From positions 33,649 to 97,648 of IMG/VR virus record IMGVR_UViG_3300045988_017048: DNA of 64,000 bases, one strand, 5' to 3'. Shown here in pieces: positions 41,020 to 50,700 of this stretch. A program made the translations under genes and the position numbers. Below the pieces are notes generated by a model. It had not been told where the DNA came from. It made no database searches and saw only the letters and a list, made by a program, of their open reading frames with translations. Positions within the stretch are counted from its first letter, which is position 1; each line of letters opens with the position of its first letter. The stretch is from a virus.

Positions 41020-42042
41020 ATGGCAGAAAAGAAAATGGAAGAGAAGGTGGATTATACTGTGCCTGACTTTGATATAGACAATACAGAGACTCCACTTCAG
41101 GAAGTACCAAGAGAAGAGGCTACTGTAAAAAGCCCTAAGAAAACACAAAAGAAAGTAGAGGTATCTGATGATGCCTTAGTTAGTTGTCTGAAAGATGAGA
41201 AAATCATTGTAAGACATGTGCCTAAGCTGACAGGTATGTGGGGCAATAACCCTAAACATGTATTGTCGGGAGGTATGGCAGAGGGTGCAGTTAGAACATT
41301 TGTAGTACCAAGATTATCTTCAGGTATGTTTGTTAATGTCCTTACAGACAAGGAAAAGGCATTTCTTGAGGAAATAATGGGGCTTGAGTATAATGCACTA
41401 AGTATCTACAAGAAGGTAGATAACTTCTGGGATGATTCTAATGAGAATGGTATTAATAAAGTAAGATTAACAAAACAGGATAATTACTTTAATCTATCTG
41501 ACCCAGAGGATTACATCAGATATAAGATACTGTTAGCTAACAAGGATTATATTGCCCCTTCATTGCAGGCATTGCAAGATACTCCCAAGGCTACTTACCA
41601 ATTTGTTATCATTTCTGAGGGTGAGGAGACTAAGGTTGCTAAGAACAATATGAGCACTACAATGATGTGCTATAAAGAGTTTGGTAAGATTGAGAATGAT
41701 GTTGATACATTAAGAGTTATTGTTGAGACCATTGATGGTAGACCTACATCACAGACTGCTAAACTTGAGTTCTTGCAGACTAAGGCTAATGACTTGATAC
41801 AGGCTGATAGCAAAATATTCTTGAAGGTTATTACTGACCCAATGCTTTCTACAAAGGTTCTTATCAAGAGAGCTATAGAGGCAGGTCTGATTTCTAATAG
41901 GGGTAATTACCTATACTTAAGAAAGGATAATACTCCACTTTGTGAGGCTAATGAAGAGCCTACATTGAATGTAGCAGCTAAATACTTAAACTCTCCTAAG
42001 CATCAAGAAGTTAAGTTTGCTTTGGAAGCTAAGCTGAAGTAG
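41020..42042 (+). CDS. virion-module hypothetical protein
   Basis: 340-aa ORF. Confidence 0.7.
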   Translation: MAEKKMEEKVDYTVPDFDIDNTETPLQEVPREEATVKSPKKTQKKVEVSDDALVSCLKDEKIIVRHVPKLTGMWGNNPKHVLSGGMAEGAVRTFVVPRLSSGMFVNVLTDKEKAFLEEIMGLEYNALSIYKKVDNFWDDSNENGINKVRLTKQDNYFNLSDPEDYIRYKILLANKDYIAPSLQALQDTPKATYQFVIISEGEETKVAKNNMSTTMMCYKEFGKIENDVDTLRVIVETIDGRPTSQTAKLEFLQTKANDLIQADSKIFLKVITDPMLSTKVLIKRAIEAGLISNRGNYLYLRKDNTPLCEANEEPTLNVAAKYLNSPKHQEVKFALEAKLK

Positions 42043-42049
42043 AAAAAGT

Positions 42050-42784
42050 ATGACAACACAGGAATTTTCTAATGAATTTGATGTTCTGTATAACAATATA
42101 ATGAGCAATCAGGCTCCAGGTCTTGATGAGTATGAGAAGTCTGTCTTTCTAACTAAGGCTCAATTGGAGATATTGAAGAATTACTTCAATCCTAAGGGTA
42201 ATAAGTATGGACAGGGATTTGATGAGAATGCTAAGAGACAGATAGATTTCTCTACCTTAATAACTGTAGCTAAACCATCACCATATACTCCTACAGATGA
42301 CTATGTTAAGTTTGATGATAGAAGTCAGCTTTATAGAATGCCATCAGATATTCTACTTGTGTTGAATGAGACAGGCATTAATACTGTAGGTGAGGTTAAG
42401 AGGCTGATTAGTATAGTTCCTATAAATTATGAAGAGTATGCAAGACTCATGTCTAAACCTTGGAAACAACCTTTAAAGAATCAAGGTTGGAGATTATTTC
42501 AATCTACTGGAGGAGTAGATTATATTTCTGAGGTAGTTATTAAATATAATAGCACTTTGACTGATTACAAGATTAGGTATGTAAGAAGACCAAAGCCTAT
42601 TATACTTGCAAATCTGGCTGATGAATATTCTAATATATCTATTGGAGGATTAAATAATATCACAGAATGTGAATTAGACCCTATTCTTCATCCAGAGATT
42701 CTTCAGAGAGCAGTAGAACTTGCAAAGTCTGCTTATACAGGAGACTTGAAGAGTAGTGTAGAACTTGGTCAAAGAACTGAATAA
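42050..42784 (+). CDS. virion-module protein, paralog A of a tandem pair
   Basis: MTTQEFSNEFDVLYNNI...DEYEKSVFLTKAQ...ECELDPILHPEILQRAVELA parallels the next gene. Confidence 0.7.
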   Translation: MTTQEFSNEFDVLYNNIMSNQAPGLDEYEKSVFLTKAQLEILKNYFNPKGNKYGQGFDENAKRQIDFSTLITVAKPSPYTPTDDYVKFDDRSQLYRMPSDILLVLNETGINTVGEVKRLISIVPINYEEYARLMSKPWKQPLKNQGWRLFQSTGGVDYISEVVIKYNSTLTDYKIRYVRRPKPIILANLADEYSNISIGGLNNITECELDPILHPEILQRAVELAKSAYTGDLKSSVELGQRTE

Positions 42785-43491
42785 TGACAACTGAAGAATT
42801 TTCTAATGAGTTTGATACCTTACTGAATAGCTATTCTACCATAGAGGCATTTGGAAAGACACCCAACACTATTGAGCTTGATGAATATGAGAAATCTGTA
42901 TTTCTCACTAATGCTCAAGAAGAGATAGTAATGGGTATGTATAATGGTAAGAATCCATTTGGAGACTCATTTGAGAGGACTGAGGAAATCAGAAGATACT
43001 TGAGTGACCTAATAAAGACTTACACAACTACTGACAAGAAAGTAGGATATACAGGACTGTCCAAATCCTCAGTATTCTTTGAATTACCTGATGACTTATG
43101 GTTCATAACCTATGAATCAGTTAATTTGAAAGATGATGGATTAGGATGTATGAGTGGTGAAGACATCTCTGTAATACCAATTACTCAAGATGAGTACCAT
43201 AGGATAAGAAAAAATCCTTTCAGAGGTACTAATGAAAGAAGAGCTTTAAGGCTTGATTTGAGTGGTAAGGTAGTAGAGATAGTATCAAAGTATAATGTGG
43301 AGAGGTATCTTGTCAGATACCTTTCAAGACCTGCTCCAATTATATTAACTGATTTGACAGATAACCTGTCAATTAATGGCATAAGTGTGAAAACAGAATG
43401 TGAATTGAACCCTGTAGTACATAGAGCTATACTTGAGAGAGCAGTAAAACTTGCCATCATGAGTAGGGTTCCAAATACAGGAAAAGAATAA
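42784..43491 (+). CDS. virion-module protein, paralog B of a tandem pair
   Basis: MTTEEFSNEFDTLLNSY...DEYEKSVFLTNAQ...ECELNPVVHRAILERAVKLA. Its start overlaps the stop of paralog A by 1 nt. Confidence 0.7.
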   Translation: MTTEEFSNEFDTLLNSYSTIEAFGKTPNTIELDEYEKSVFLTNAQEEIVMGMYNGKNPFGDSFERTEEIRRYLSDLIKTYTTTDKKVGYTGLSKSSVFFELPDDLWFITYESVNLKDDGLGCMSGEDISVIPITQDEYHRIRKNPFRGTNERRALRLDLSGKVVEIVSKYNVERYLVRYLSRPAPIILTDLTDNLSINGISVKTECELNPVVHRAILERAVKLAIMSRVPNTGKE

Positions 43492-43522
43492 AACTATTGT
43501 ATAATTTAATATTAAATTAAAA

Positions 43523-44548
43523 ATGGCAACATTTAGTACAAATCAAGTAAGACAGCTTTATGTAGCAAAGGAACTAAAGAGTCCTCGTGTACTTGCAGCA
43601 GATGCTGCTGGCTCTATTGCAGTAAAGAATGACACTGCGAAGAATCATCTATATTTTGAGTACAAGGGTGCTGACAACTTGATGAGAAGTGACCTAATTG
43701 ACACCAAGAATATTCTTTATGCTAAGGCTACTGATGCTGATAATATGGCACATGAGTTGAGGGCAGTTACAGTAACTCTTGATGGTGAAGTAAATGCAGG
43801 TGCTCCTGTAGCTGGACAGGATTATATCCTAAGAATTGTATTCAAGCAATATGTAGGTATGTCTGATGAAGACCAGTACTTCAAGTATGGCATGGTACAT
43901 GCTTATGCAGGTATGACAGCTTCAGACTTTTATAAGAAGCTAGCTCTATCACTGGCTAAGAACTTTAGTAGAGAGATAGTTCCTCTTGTTAAATTTATCT
44001 TGACAGATTCAGGTAATGAGGCAGTTCCTGTTGATGCTACTACAAAGGAAAGCTCTTTAACTGGAACTTATAAGGCACTTGTTATTGATGAGGTTGAACA
44101 GCCTTGGAGACTTGGTATCATGGAGCAAACTCCTGTATATTTTGAAGTACAGCCTGTCCCAGTTACTGTAAATGGTGATGAAAGAATTTGGGGTAAGGTA
44201 GAAGAGACTGACCCTGCTGGCACCATTGCTAATGGCAAGAAGATTGCAGACCTTGAGTACTTCTGCATGGGTGAGAGAGGTGACATGTATAGAGGTATTG
44301 GTTATCCTAACAATATTCCTACTACTTATCTTGTAGACCCAGCTGTTAAGTATAATGTGATTGATATACACTATGCTTATGTAGGTAGCAATGAGTCAGT
44401 TCAGAAGTCTGAAAAGACAATCACTCTTGTAGTGCCAAAGATAGGTGCTAAGAATAATGTAAGTAATAAACTTACTAATGATATAATCACTGCTATCAAT
44501 ACTGCTACAGGTTTGACTATAGCTGCTCTTGATGCTTCAGCAGTTTAA
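43523..44548 (+). CDS. abundant virion protein candidate (auxiliary capsid/decoration-like, by context)
   Basis: 341 aa, followed by its own terminator. Confidence 0.55.
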   Translation: MATFSTNQVRQLYVAKELKSPRVLAADAAGSIAVKNDTAKNHLYFEYKGADNLMRSDLIDTKNILYAKATDADNMAHELRAVTVTLDGEVNAGAPVAGQDYILRIVFKQYVGMSDEDQYFKYGMVHAYAGMTASDFYKKLALSLAKNFSREIVPLVKFILTDSGNEAVPVDATTKESSLTGTYKALVIDEVEQPWRLGIMEQTPVYFEVQPVPVTVNGDERIWGKVEETDPAGTIANGKKIADLEYFCMGERGDMYRGIGYPNNIPTTYLVDPAVKYNVIDIHYAYVGSNESVQKSEKTITLVVPKIGAKNNVSNKLTNDIITAINTATGLTIAALDASAV

Positions 44549-44563
44549 AAAAAAAAGAATTAA

Positions 44564-44596
44564 AAGGGAGGCTATTAAGTCTCCCTTTATTTGTTT
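44564..44596 (+). terminator. rho-independent terminator
   Basis: Stem AAGGGAG/CTCCCTT with a 10-nt loop, followed by TATTTGTTT. Confidence 0.6.
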
Positions 44597-44602
44597 AAGG
44601 GA

Positions 44603-45379
44603 ATGACTATGGTAACATTTAATGAATTAAGAATAACTCCTGATGGTAATACTCTAATTATAGATGTAGCAATCAAGGATTTGAGATACTATACAAATGT
44701 AGGTCTAAAAACTATACTTATAGATACTCAAGATACTTTTACAGCAGAAGGACCTTCAAATAAAGCAGTTGAATTTCCTGTTAAGAATGATGTAGACCCT
44801 AAGTTATTTGAAAAAAGAACTCCTTTTACTTACATATTTAGAGGCACTTTAAAGGAAGGATTCCTATATACTTTTGGCGCACTACCAGCTCCTACAAATG
44901 ATATACAATATATTATTAATGGTATTCCTTATACTGCAAATGAACTAACTGTAGGTGTACACAAGTATGAAAAAGGAAAACTAGTAGCTGTTACTACTCC
45001 TATAAAGTCTTATAGGATAGAGATAAACAAGAATGATTCTACACTGATTTTTAAGGATAATTTGTTATTTGTTTATGTAAAAACAAAGGGCACTCCTGCT
45101 TCAGATACTCCTTGTGGGATGGATAATATTACTACATTGGGAGTTGTATCTAACCTTTATCCTCTGTACCAACATGCCTTTAGTTACATTAAAGAATTGA
45201 GTGATACTTGTTCTATCCCTAAGAACTTCATCAACTATATACTTCAATATAAGGTATTTGAACTTGCTATAAAGACAGGTCATTATACTAAGGCAATAAA
45301 GTATTGGAAAAAATTCTTTATGGGAATTAAAGACTCAGTGATAACCCCTAATTGTGGATGCTATGGACAAGGTACTTAA
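44603..45379 (+). CDS. virion-module hypothetical protein
   Basis: ATG at 44603 preferred over the TTG at 44591. About 258 aa. Confidence 0.65.
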   Translation: MTMVTFNELRITPDGNTLIIDVAIKDLRYYTNVGLKTILIDTQDTFTAEGPSNKAVEFPVKNDVDPKLFEKRTPFTYIFRGTLKEGFLYTFGALPAPTNDIQYIINGIPYTANELTVGVHKYEKGKLVAVTTPIKSYRIEINKNDSTLIFKDNLLFVYVKTKGTPASDTPCGMDNITTLGVVSNLYPLYQHAFSYIKELSDTCSIPKNFINYILQYKVFELAIKTGHYTKAIKYWKKFFMGIKDSVITPNCGCYGQGT

Positions 45380-45629
45380 TGAATCACTTACAAGATATTT
45401 CAATGTCTTATCAAAGTTAGGATATATGAGTTATTCAGAAGTAGATAAGCTATTGGTGCTAATATTCATATATGATTTGCTTGAGAGTGATTGTAAGTCC
45501 TTTATAACAGAAGAAGAGTATAGAATTTTAGATAGTGCCCTATACTGTCTATATGGTTCTACTTGCTTAATACCTTACCCAGAGTATATAGCAAACACTT
45601 CAATCTCTTGTACAGGCAAGTCAGTATAA
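45354..45629 (+). CDS. small hypothetical protein
   Basis: 91 aa. Alternative ATG at 45363. Confidence 0.5.
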   Translation: MDAMDKVLNESLTRYFNVLSKLGYMSYSEVDKLLVLIFIYDLLESDCKSFITEEEYRILDSALYCLYGSTCLIPYPEYIANTSISCTGKSV

Positions 45630-45668
45630 TTATTACATTAATACTTCTGACATAAAAATAGTAAAGTC

Positions 45669-45700
45669 CTTGCAGATATAAGAAATTATGCTTATATTTG
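45669..45700 (+). promoter_or_regulatory. Bacteroidota-type promoter (CTTG-N20-TATATTTG)
   Basis: CTTG at 45669-45672 and TATATTTG at 45693-45700. Confidence 0.55.
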
Positions 45701-45734
45701 CAGGGATTTTTAGTTATAGCTAATAAATAAAATT

Positions 45735-46424
45735 ATGAGTACATATAAAGAATTAACCTACATGGTACTTGATGAATTGAAACTGTACTCAGATGATGCC
45801 CTATATACAGAGGAGCATGTTATGTTTCTACTTGGCAAGTATAGGACATTCTTACTGAAACAGAGATATTCAGATGTAAAGAAGCAGATACCTGAGAGTA
45901 ACTATCAGACTATATGCTTGGATTTAATTGAGGTACCTGCTATATCAGGTGAACCTTGTGAAGGTGGTTCTTATCTAAGAAGTAAGGAGAAGATACCTTT
46001 CCTAATGAAGATAGGCAATCCCAAGGTATATCCAGTTGATTATTATCAAGGGGAGATTACTTATGTAAGTAGGGAAAGGATGAGATATGTGGGATATAAT
46101 AAGTATCTGAAGAATATTATCTATGCTTCTATTGGTCCAGATAATTACCTATACTTTAAGTCTTTCAATCCACAGTACTTGTATCTTGAAAAGGCAAGAA
46201 TGACAGGTATATTTGAAGACCCACAGGCTGCATCAGAATTGCAGTGTCCTAATGAGAATGGTGATACAGTATGTGATGTATTAGATAGAGAGTTTCCTAT
46301 AGAGTCTGCATTAGTACCTCCCCTGATTGAACTTGTAGTCAAGGAATTATTAGGTGCTGAGTACAGACCTAAAGATGAATCCAATGATGCAAAGGATGAG
46401 TTATCAGAAGTAGCATCTAAATAG
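45735..46424 (+). CDS. virion-module hypothetical protein
   Basis: 229-aa ORF. Confidence 0.7.
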   Translation: MSTYKELTYMVLDELKLYSDDALYTEEHVMFLLGKYRTFLLKQRYSDVKKQIPESNYQTICLDLIEVPAISGEPCEGGSYLRSKEKIPFLMKIGNPKVYPVDYYQGEITYVSRERMRYVGYNKYLKNIIYASIGPDNYLYFKSFNPQYLYLEKARMTGIFEDPQAASELQCPNENGDTVCDVLDREFPIESALVPPLIELVVKELLGAEYRPKDESNDAKDELSEVASK

Positions 46425-46430
46425 TGAGTT

Positions 46431-46988
46431 ATGGAATCTTGTCAAGAAGAGAGAAATAAAGAGTTGGCTGATTTCCTAAACTCCATTAAAAAGGTAAATG
46501 AACCAAGGGTTCACAAGGTTAGAGGTTCCTATGGTGTATATGATGCCTATAAGTGGATAAGAAAGAATAGATGGCTCAATATAGGAAGATGCCTTACAGA
46601 ACATGAGTTTTATAGTATTATAAGGAAAGTCAATGACTACTTAGCTGATAGTTTCCTTCGTGGTAATGATATTAAGTTGCCACATAGAATGGGTAGAATA
46701 GAGCTAAGGAAATATGATGTAAGAATTAATCTTGATGGAGAAAAGGTCAAGACTAACCTACCTATAGACTGGGATAAAACTCTTAAATTATGGTATGAAG
46801 ATGAGGAAGCCTATAAGGAAAAAACACTTGTTAAAGTGGAGGAAAAAGAAATTTTTAAAGTCTACTATAATAAGCAATTAGCAGACTACAATAATCAGGT
46901 CTTCTATGAATTTAATGTCAATAGAGAACTGAAGAAGAGATTAAAACAAAGAATAAAAGAAGGAAAATTAGATGCTTTCAAGATATAA
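46431..46988 (+). CDS. virion-module hypothetical protein
   Basis: 185-aa ORF. Confidence 0.7.
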   Translation: MESCQEERNKELADFLNSIKKVNEPRVHKVRGSYGVYDAYKWIRKNRWLNIGRCLTEHEFYSIIRKVNDYLADSFLRGNDIKLPHRMGRIELRKYDVRINLDGEKVKTNLPIDWDKTLKLWYEDEEAYKEKTLVKVEEKEIFKVYYNKQLADYNNQVFYEFNVNRELKKRLKQRIKEGKLDAFKI

Positions 46989-46990
46989 TT

Positions 46991-47698
46991 ATGGTAAAAG
47001 AATATAACTACATAAACATAAGAGAAGCTCTAAGTAGGGTACTAAGGCACCCTCTTCTTCAAGATATGACTTTGGAACAAGCTGTGCAATATACTATTGA
47101 TTTTATTGGTATATTTGGTATGCCAAAGTTATATCAAGATAAGGAAGAGGCCCTTCATATAGAAGACTTTAGAGCCAAGCTTCCTTGTGATTTAATATCT
47201 ATCAACCAGATTAAGGAGTGTAAAACTGGTGTATGCCTTAGGAGCATGACAGATAATTTCATGCCAAGAGAGCATTATGATAGGAGTGCTGGCTACAAGA
47301 TACCACAAGAGTTATCTTTCAAAACACAAGGACAAGTACTATATGTATCCTTCAAGACAGGAGATGTATCAGTATCTTATAAGGCAATTCCAGTAGATAA
47401 GGATGGATTTCCACTACTTATTGATAACCCTGTATTTCTGAAAGCACTTGAGGCATATATAAAGAAGGAGGCATTTACCATTCTGTTTGATATGGGCAAG
47501 ATTGCACCTGTTGTACTACAGAATACTCAGCAACAGTATGCTTGGCTGGCTGGTCAATTACAGAGTGAATTTACTATCCCTTCACAATCTGAAATGGAAA
47601 GTATATCAAGAATGTGGAATACACTTGTACAAAGAACAAGTGAGTTTAATAATGGGTTCTCATCTCTTGGTAATAAAGAATACATTAAACTACAATAA
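46991..47698 (+). CDS. virion-module hypothetical protein
   Basis: 235-aa ORF. Confidence 0.7.
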   Translation: MVKEYNYINIREALSRVLRHPLLQDMTLEQAVQYTIDFIGIFGMPKLYQDKEEALHIEDFRAKLPCDLISINQIKECKTGVCLRSMTDNFMPREHYDRSAGYKIPQELSFKTQGQVLYVSFKTGDVSVSYKAIPVDKDGFPLLIDNPVFLKALEAYIKKEAFTILFDMGKIAPVVLQNTQQQYAWLAGQLQSEFTIPSQSEMESISRMWNTLVQRTSEFNNGFSSLGNKEYIKLQ

Positions 47699-47700
47699 CT

Positions 47701-50700
47701 ATGCAGAAACAAGTTATTTTCAAAACAAAGGGAATGCAGAGGGACTTATCAGCTTCTGCATTTAACTCTGGATATTCTTATGAAAATAAGAATGTTAGAG
47801 TAATGCCAACTGATGAGAGTACTCTGCTTAGTTTGATAAATGAGAAAGGTAATAAGAAGTCAAGTATAGCAGGGGTAGGGGACTACATCAAAGGTATTCC
47901 TATTGGACAGGCTTTAGTTAATGATGAACTTGTTATATTTACTGCTGGTAATGATAAAGACTCTCTATATACTAATATAAAAGGAGAAGAACTAGAAATT
48001 GATAATATTGCAGCAAATGAATTAACTATTGATATAGATTATCCATTTGAGGATAGAATTTATAAATTATGGTTTAATAATAAAGTTTTAACTGGGGAGA
48101 GATTATTCAGAGGAGACTTAGGATTTAATTATAAGCATCCTATAGAAACTATCTCATTCTATGAGAATACTGATATTAGAAAGGTATATTGGACTGATGG
48201 TTTGAACCAACCAAGAGTAATTAACATAGCTGCTGCATCTGATGTAGTAAGCAAGTGGAATACTGATTCATTCAACTTTGTAAGAACACTTAATCTTAAT
48301 GAGAAAGTGACTATTGAAAGAAATATTGTAGCCAATGGTAGTTTTGCTCCTGGAGTAATACAATATGCCTTCACATACTTTGATAAGTATGGCCAAGAAA
48401 GTAACATATTCTATACTTCTCCACTTTACTACATTTCATATAATAACAGAGGTGCAAGTCCTGAAGATAGAGTAAGTAACAGTTTCAATATAGAGGTGAC
48501 TAATGTAGATAAGAGATTTGACTACATCAGAATATATTCAATACATAGAACAAGCATAAATGCAACTCCAGATGTTAAGAGAGTTGTAGATTTAGCTCCT
48601 CCTACAGGAAGGTCAAATTATAAGCTCAGTAGTTATGAGATTAATCTCCCAGCTAATAAGATGACTATGTATAGAATAGGTAGTGGTGCTGAAAAGACAC
48701 TTGACCAATATGAGCCTTCTCAGTCAGGGTCAAACTATAAGTCTTGGACATTTGATACTAATAAATATTATAGTATAAACTTTGGAGGTGACTATCTGAC
48801 TTGGGATACAGGCACATCATTCACTATTACTATTATCAATGGTAAAGCAAGTATGCAATTGGCTAATAATGGTAATATGACTGGTACTTTCAGTATGGCC
48901 AAAGTTACTTACACTGACAATGGCTTATCAGGAGATTCAGTAGACCCTACTGAGTTATTGTATATAGGAGGTGAAGAAGTAGTATTTGGCACAATGGCTC
49001 AAAAGGATAATACTCTGTTCCTTGGAGACATTAAGACAAAGAGAAAAACTCTCGACTCTACTATCAGAAGCTACTTCAAAGGCAAGAGCATCACCTTCTC
49101 TATCTATAATAAAAGTATAAGTTCTCCAGAAGCCAAGGGCTACTATCCCTACACTAATCAATTAAAGTCTAATTCATATCAATTCAAAACATTCAAATAT
49201 CTTGAATATTATAGATTTGGTATTCAGATGCAACACTATACAGGAAAGTGGTCAGAGCCTATATGGATAAATGATGTTAGAAATACCATTCATATAGATA
49301 CTACTTTCTATGATAGTAGTAATATTGGGTTGCCTGTAGCAGAGTTTACTTTTAATGATTCCAATATAATAAGCAGATTACTAAATCAAGGGTACATTAG
49401 AATAAGACCTGTAGTAGTATATCCAACTATTAATGACAGGGAAGCAATATGTCAAGGTATATTGTGCCCTACTGTATATAATGTATCTGACAGGTATGGC
49501 AATTCACCATTTGCACAATCATCTTGGTTTACGAGACCTAATGCACCATTTGATGAATATAAAGCCTTCCATTATCATCAAAGTGATAAGGGTGCTTGGA
49601 GTGGAGACTGGGTAAAATTAGGACAATTCTTAGGAAATCCATCTGCATATTCAAGGGCAGGTATTATGTCCAATGATAGAACTATAGTTACTTCAGAGGG
49701 AACACAATACAATATTGATGTAGTTAATAAGGGGGCTTGGGCTGAGTTTAGGCATAATAAGCCTATCCCAGGCAATAGTAATAGAAATGCAGAAATCCAA
49801 TGTATTTGGGACCCTCCTTCTGACCCCTATGTTGAGGATACTGCAACTGATTCAGATGTTGCAAGTTGGGTATCTAACAATGCAGAGAATTATTACATTG
49901 ACCAATCAATACTTACCTTCCATTCTCCTGACATAGAGTTTGATAATGAAGTAAGAAGTATTGATACATCAGGATTGAAGTTAAGGATAGTAGGTATGGT
50001 CCCTCTAACTGCATTTGTCTCAGATGTTGATATTCAGACTTCCACTCCTGTTAATAACTTCTATGATAGTTCAGAGTTGCCTGCTGGATTCTATAAGGAG
50101 CCTATAGGTGTGGAAAATGATTTTAGCTATGAAGGGTCTGGAACACATTTTGGTGATTCTCACTTTGGATGGAGAGGATTAATCTCTGGGGCATTCTGGT
50201 TTGATGAATTAACTGCATACAAGAAAGGTACAGGTAATACTGACCATCTTACTACAGGATTTGTTGTATATCCTTGGCACAGAAATGGCTCACTTAATAA
50301 CACTAAGTTTGCTACTGATGGGTATAGGTCAGCTATGCTTGACAAGAAGAAGATGTCTAATATGAGGTATTCATACAAATCAATCTACTTAGATTCAGTT
50401 TACATATGGAATGCTTACATAAAGGGCAATAATATCAGAACTGGCATATCTGGAGTTGCAATATTTGACTCTAATGAAGTCTCACTCATTAGGCTGCCTG
50501 CACAAGAAAACTCAGGTCTCACAGATATTAACTACTATGGTAACATAGATAAGCTTCTTACTATTTCAAGAGTTGGTAGCAAAAAAGATGGTTATCCTAT
50601 TATGACTACTGGAGTTCAAAGTGCAGAGACTAATGCACATACTCTGTTTAGTGGTAGCTATACACAGGTAGATAGTAAATTTACTGACCAAATTACAGGC

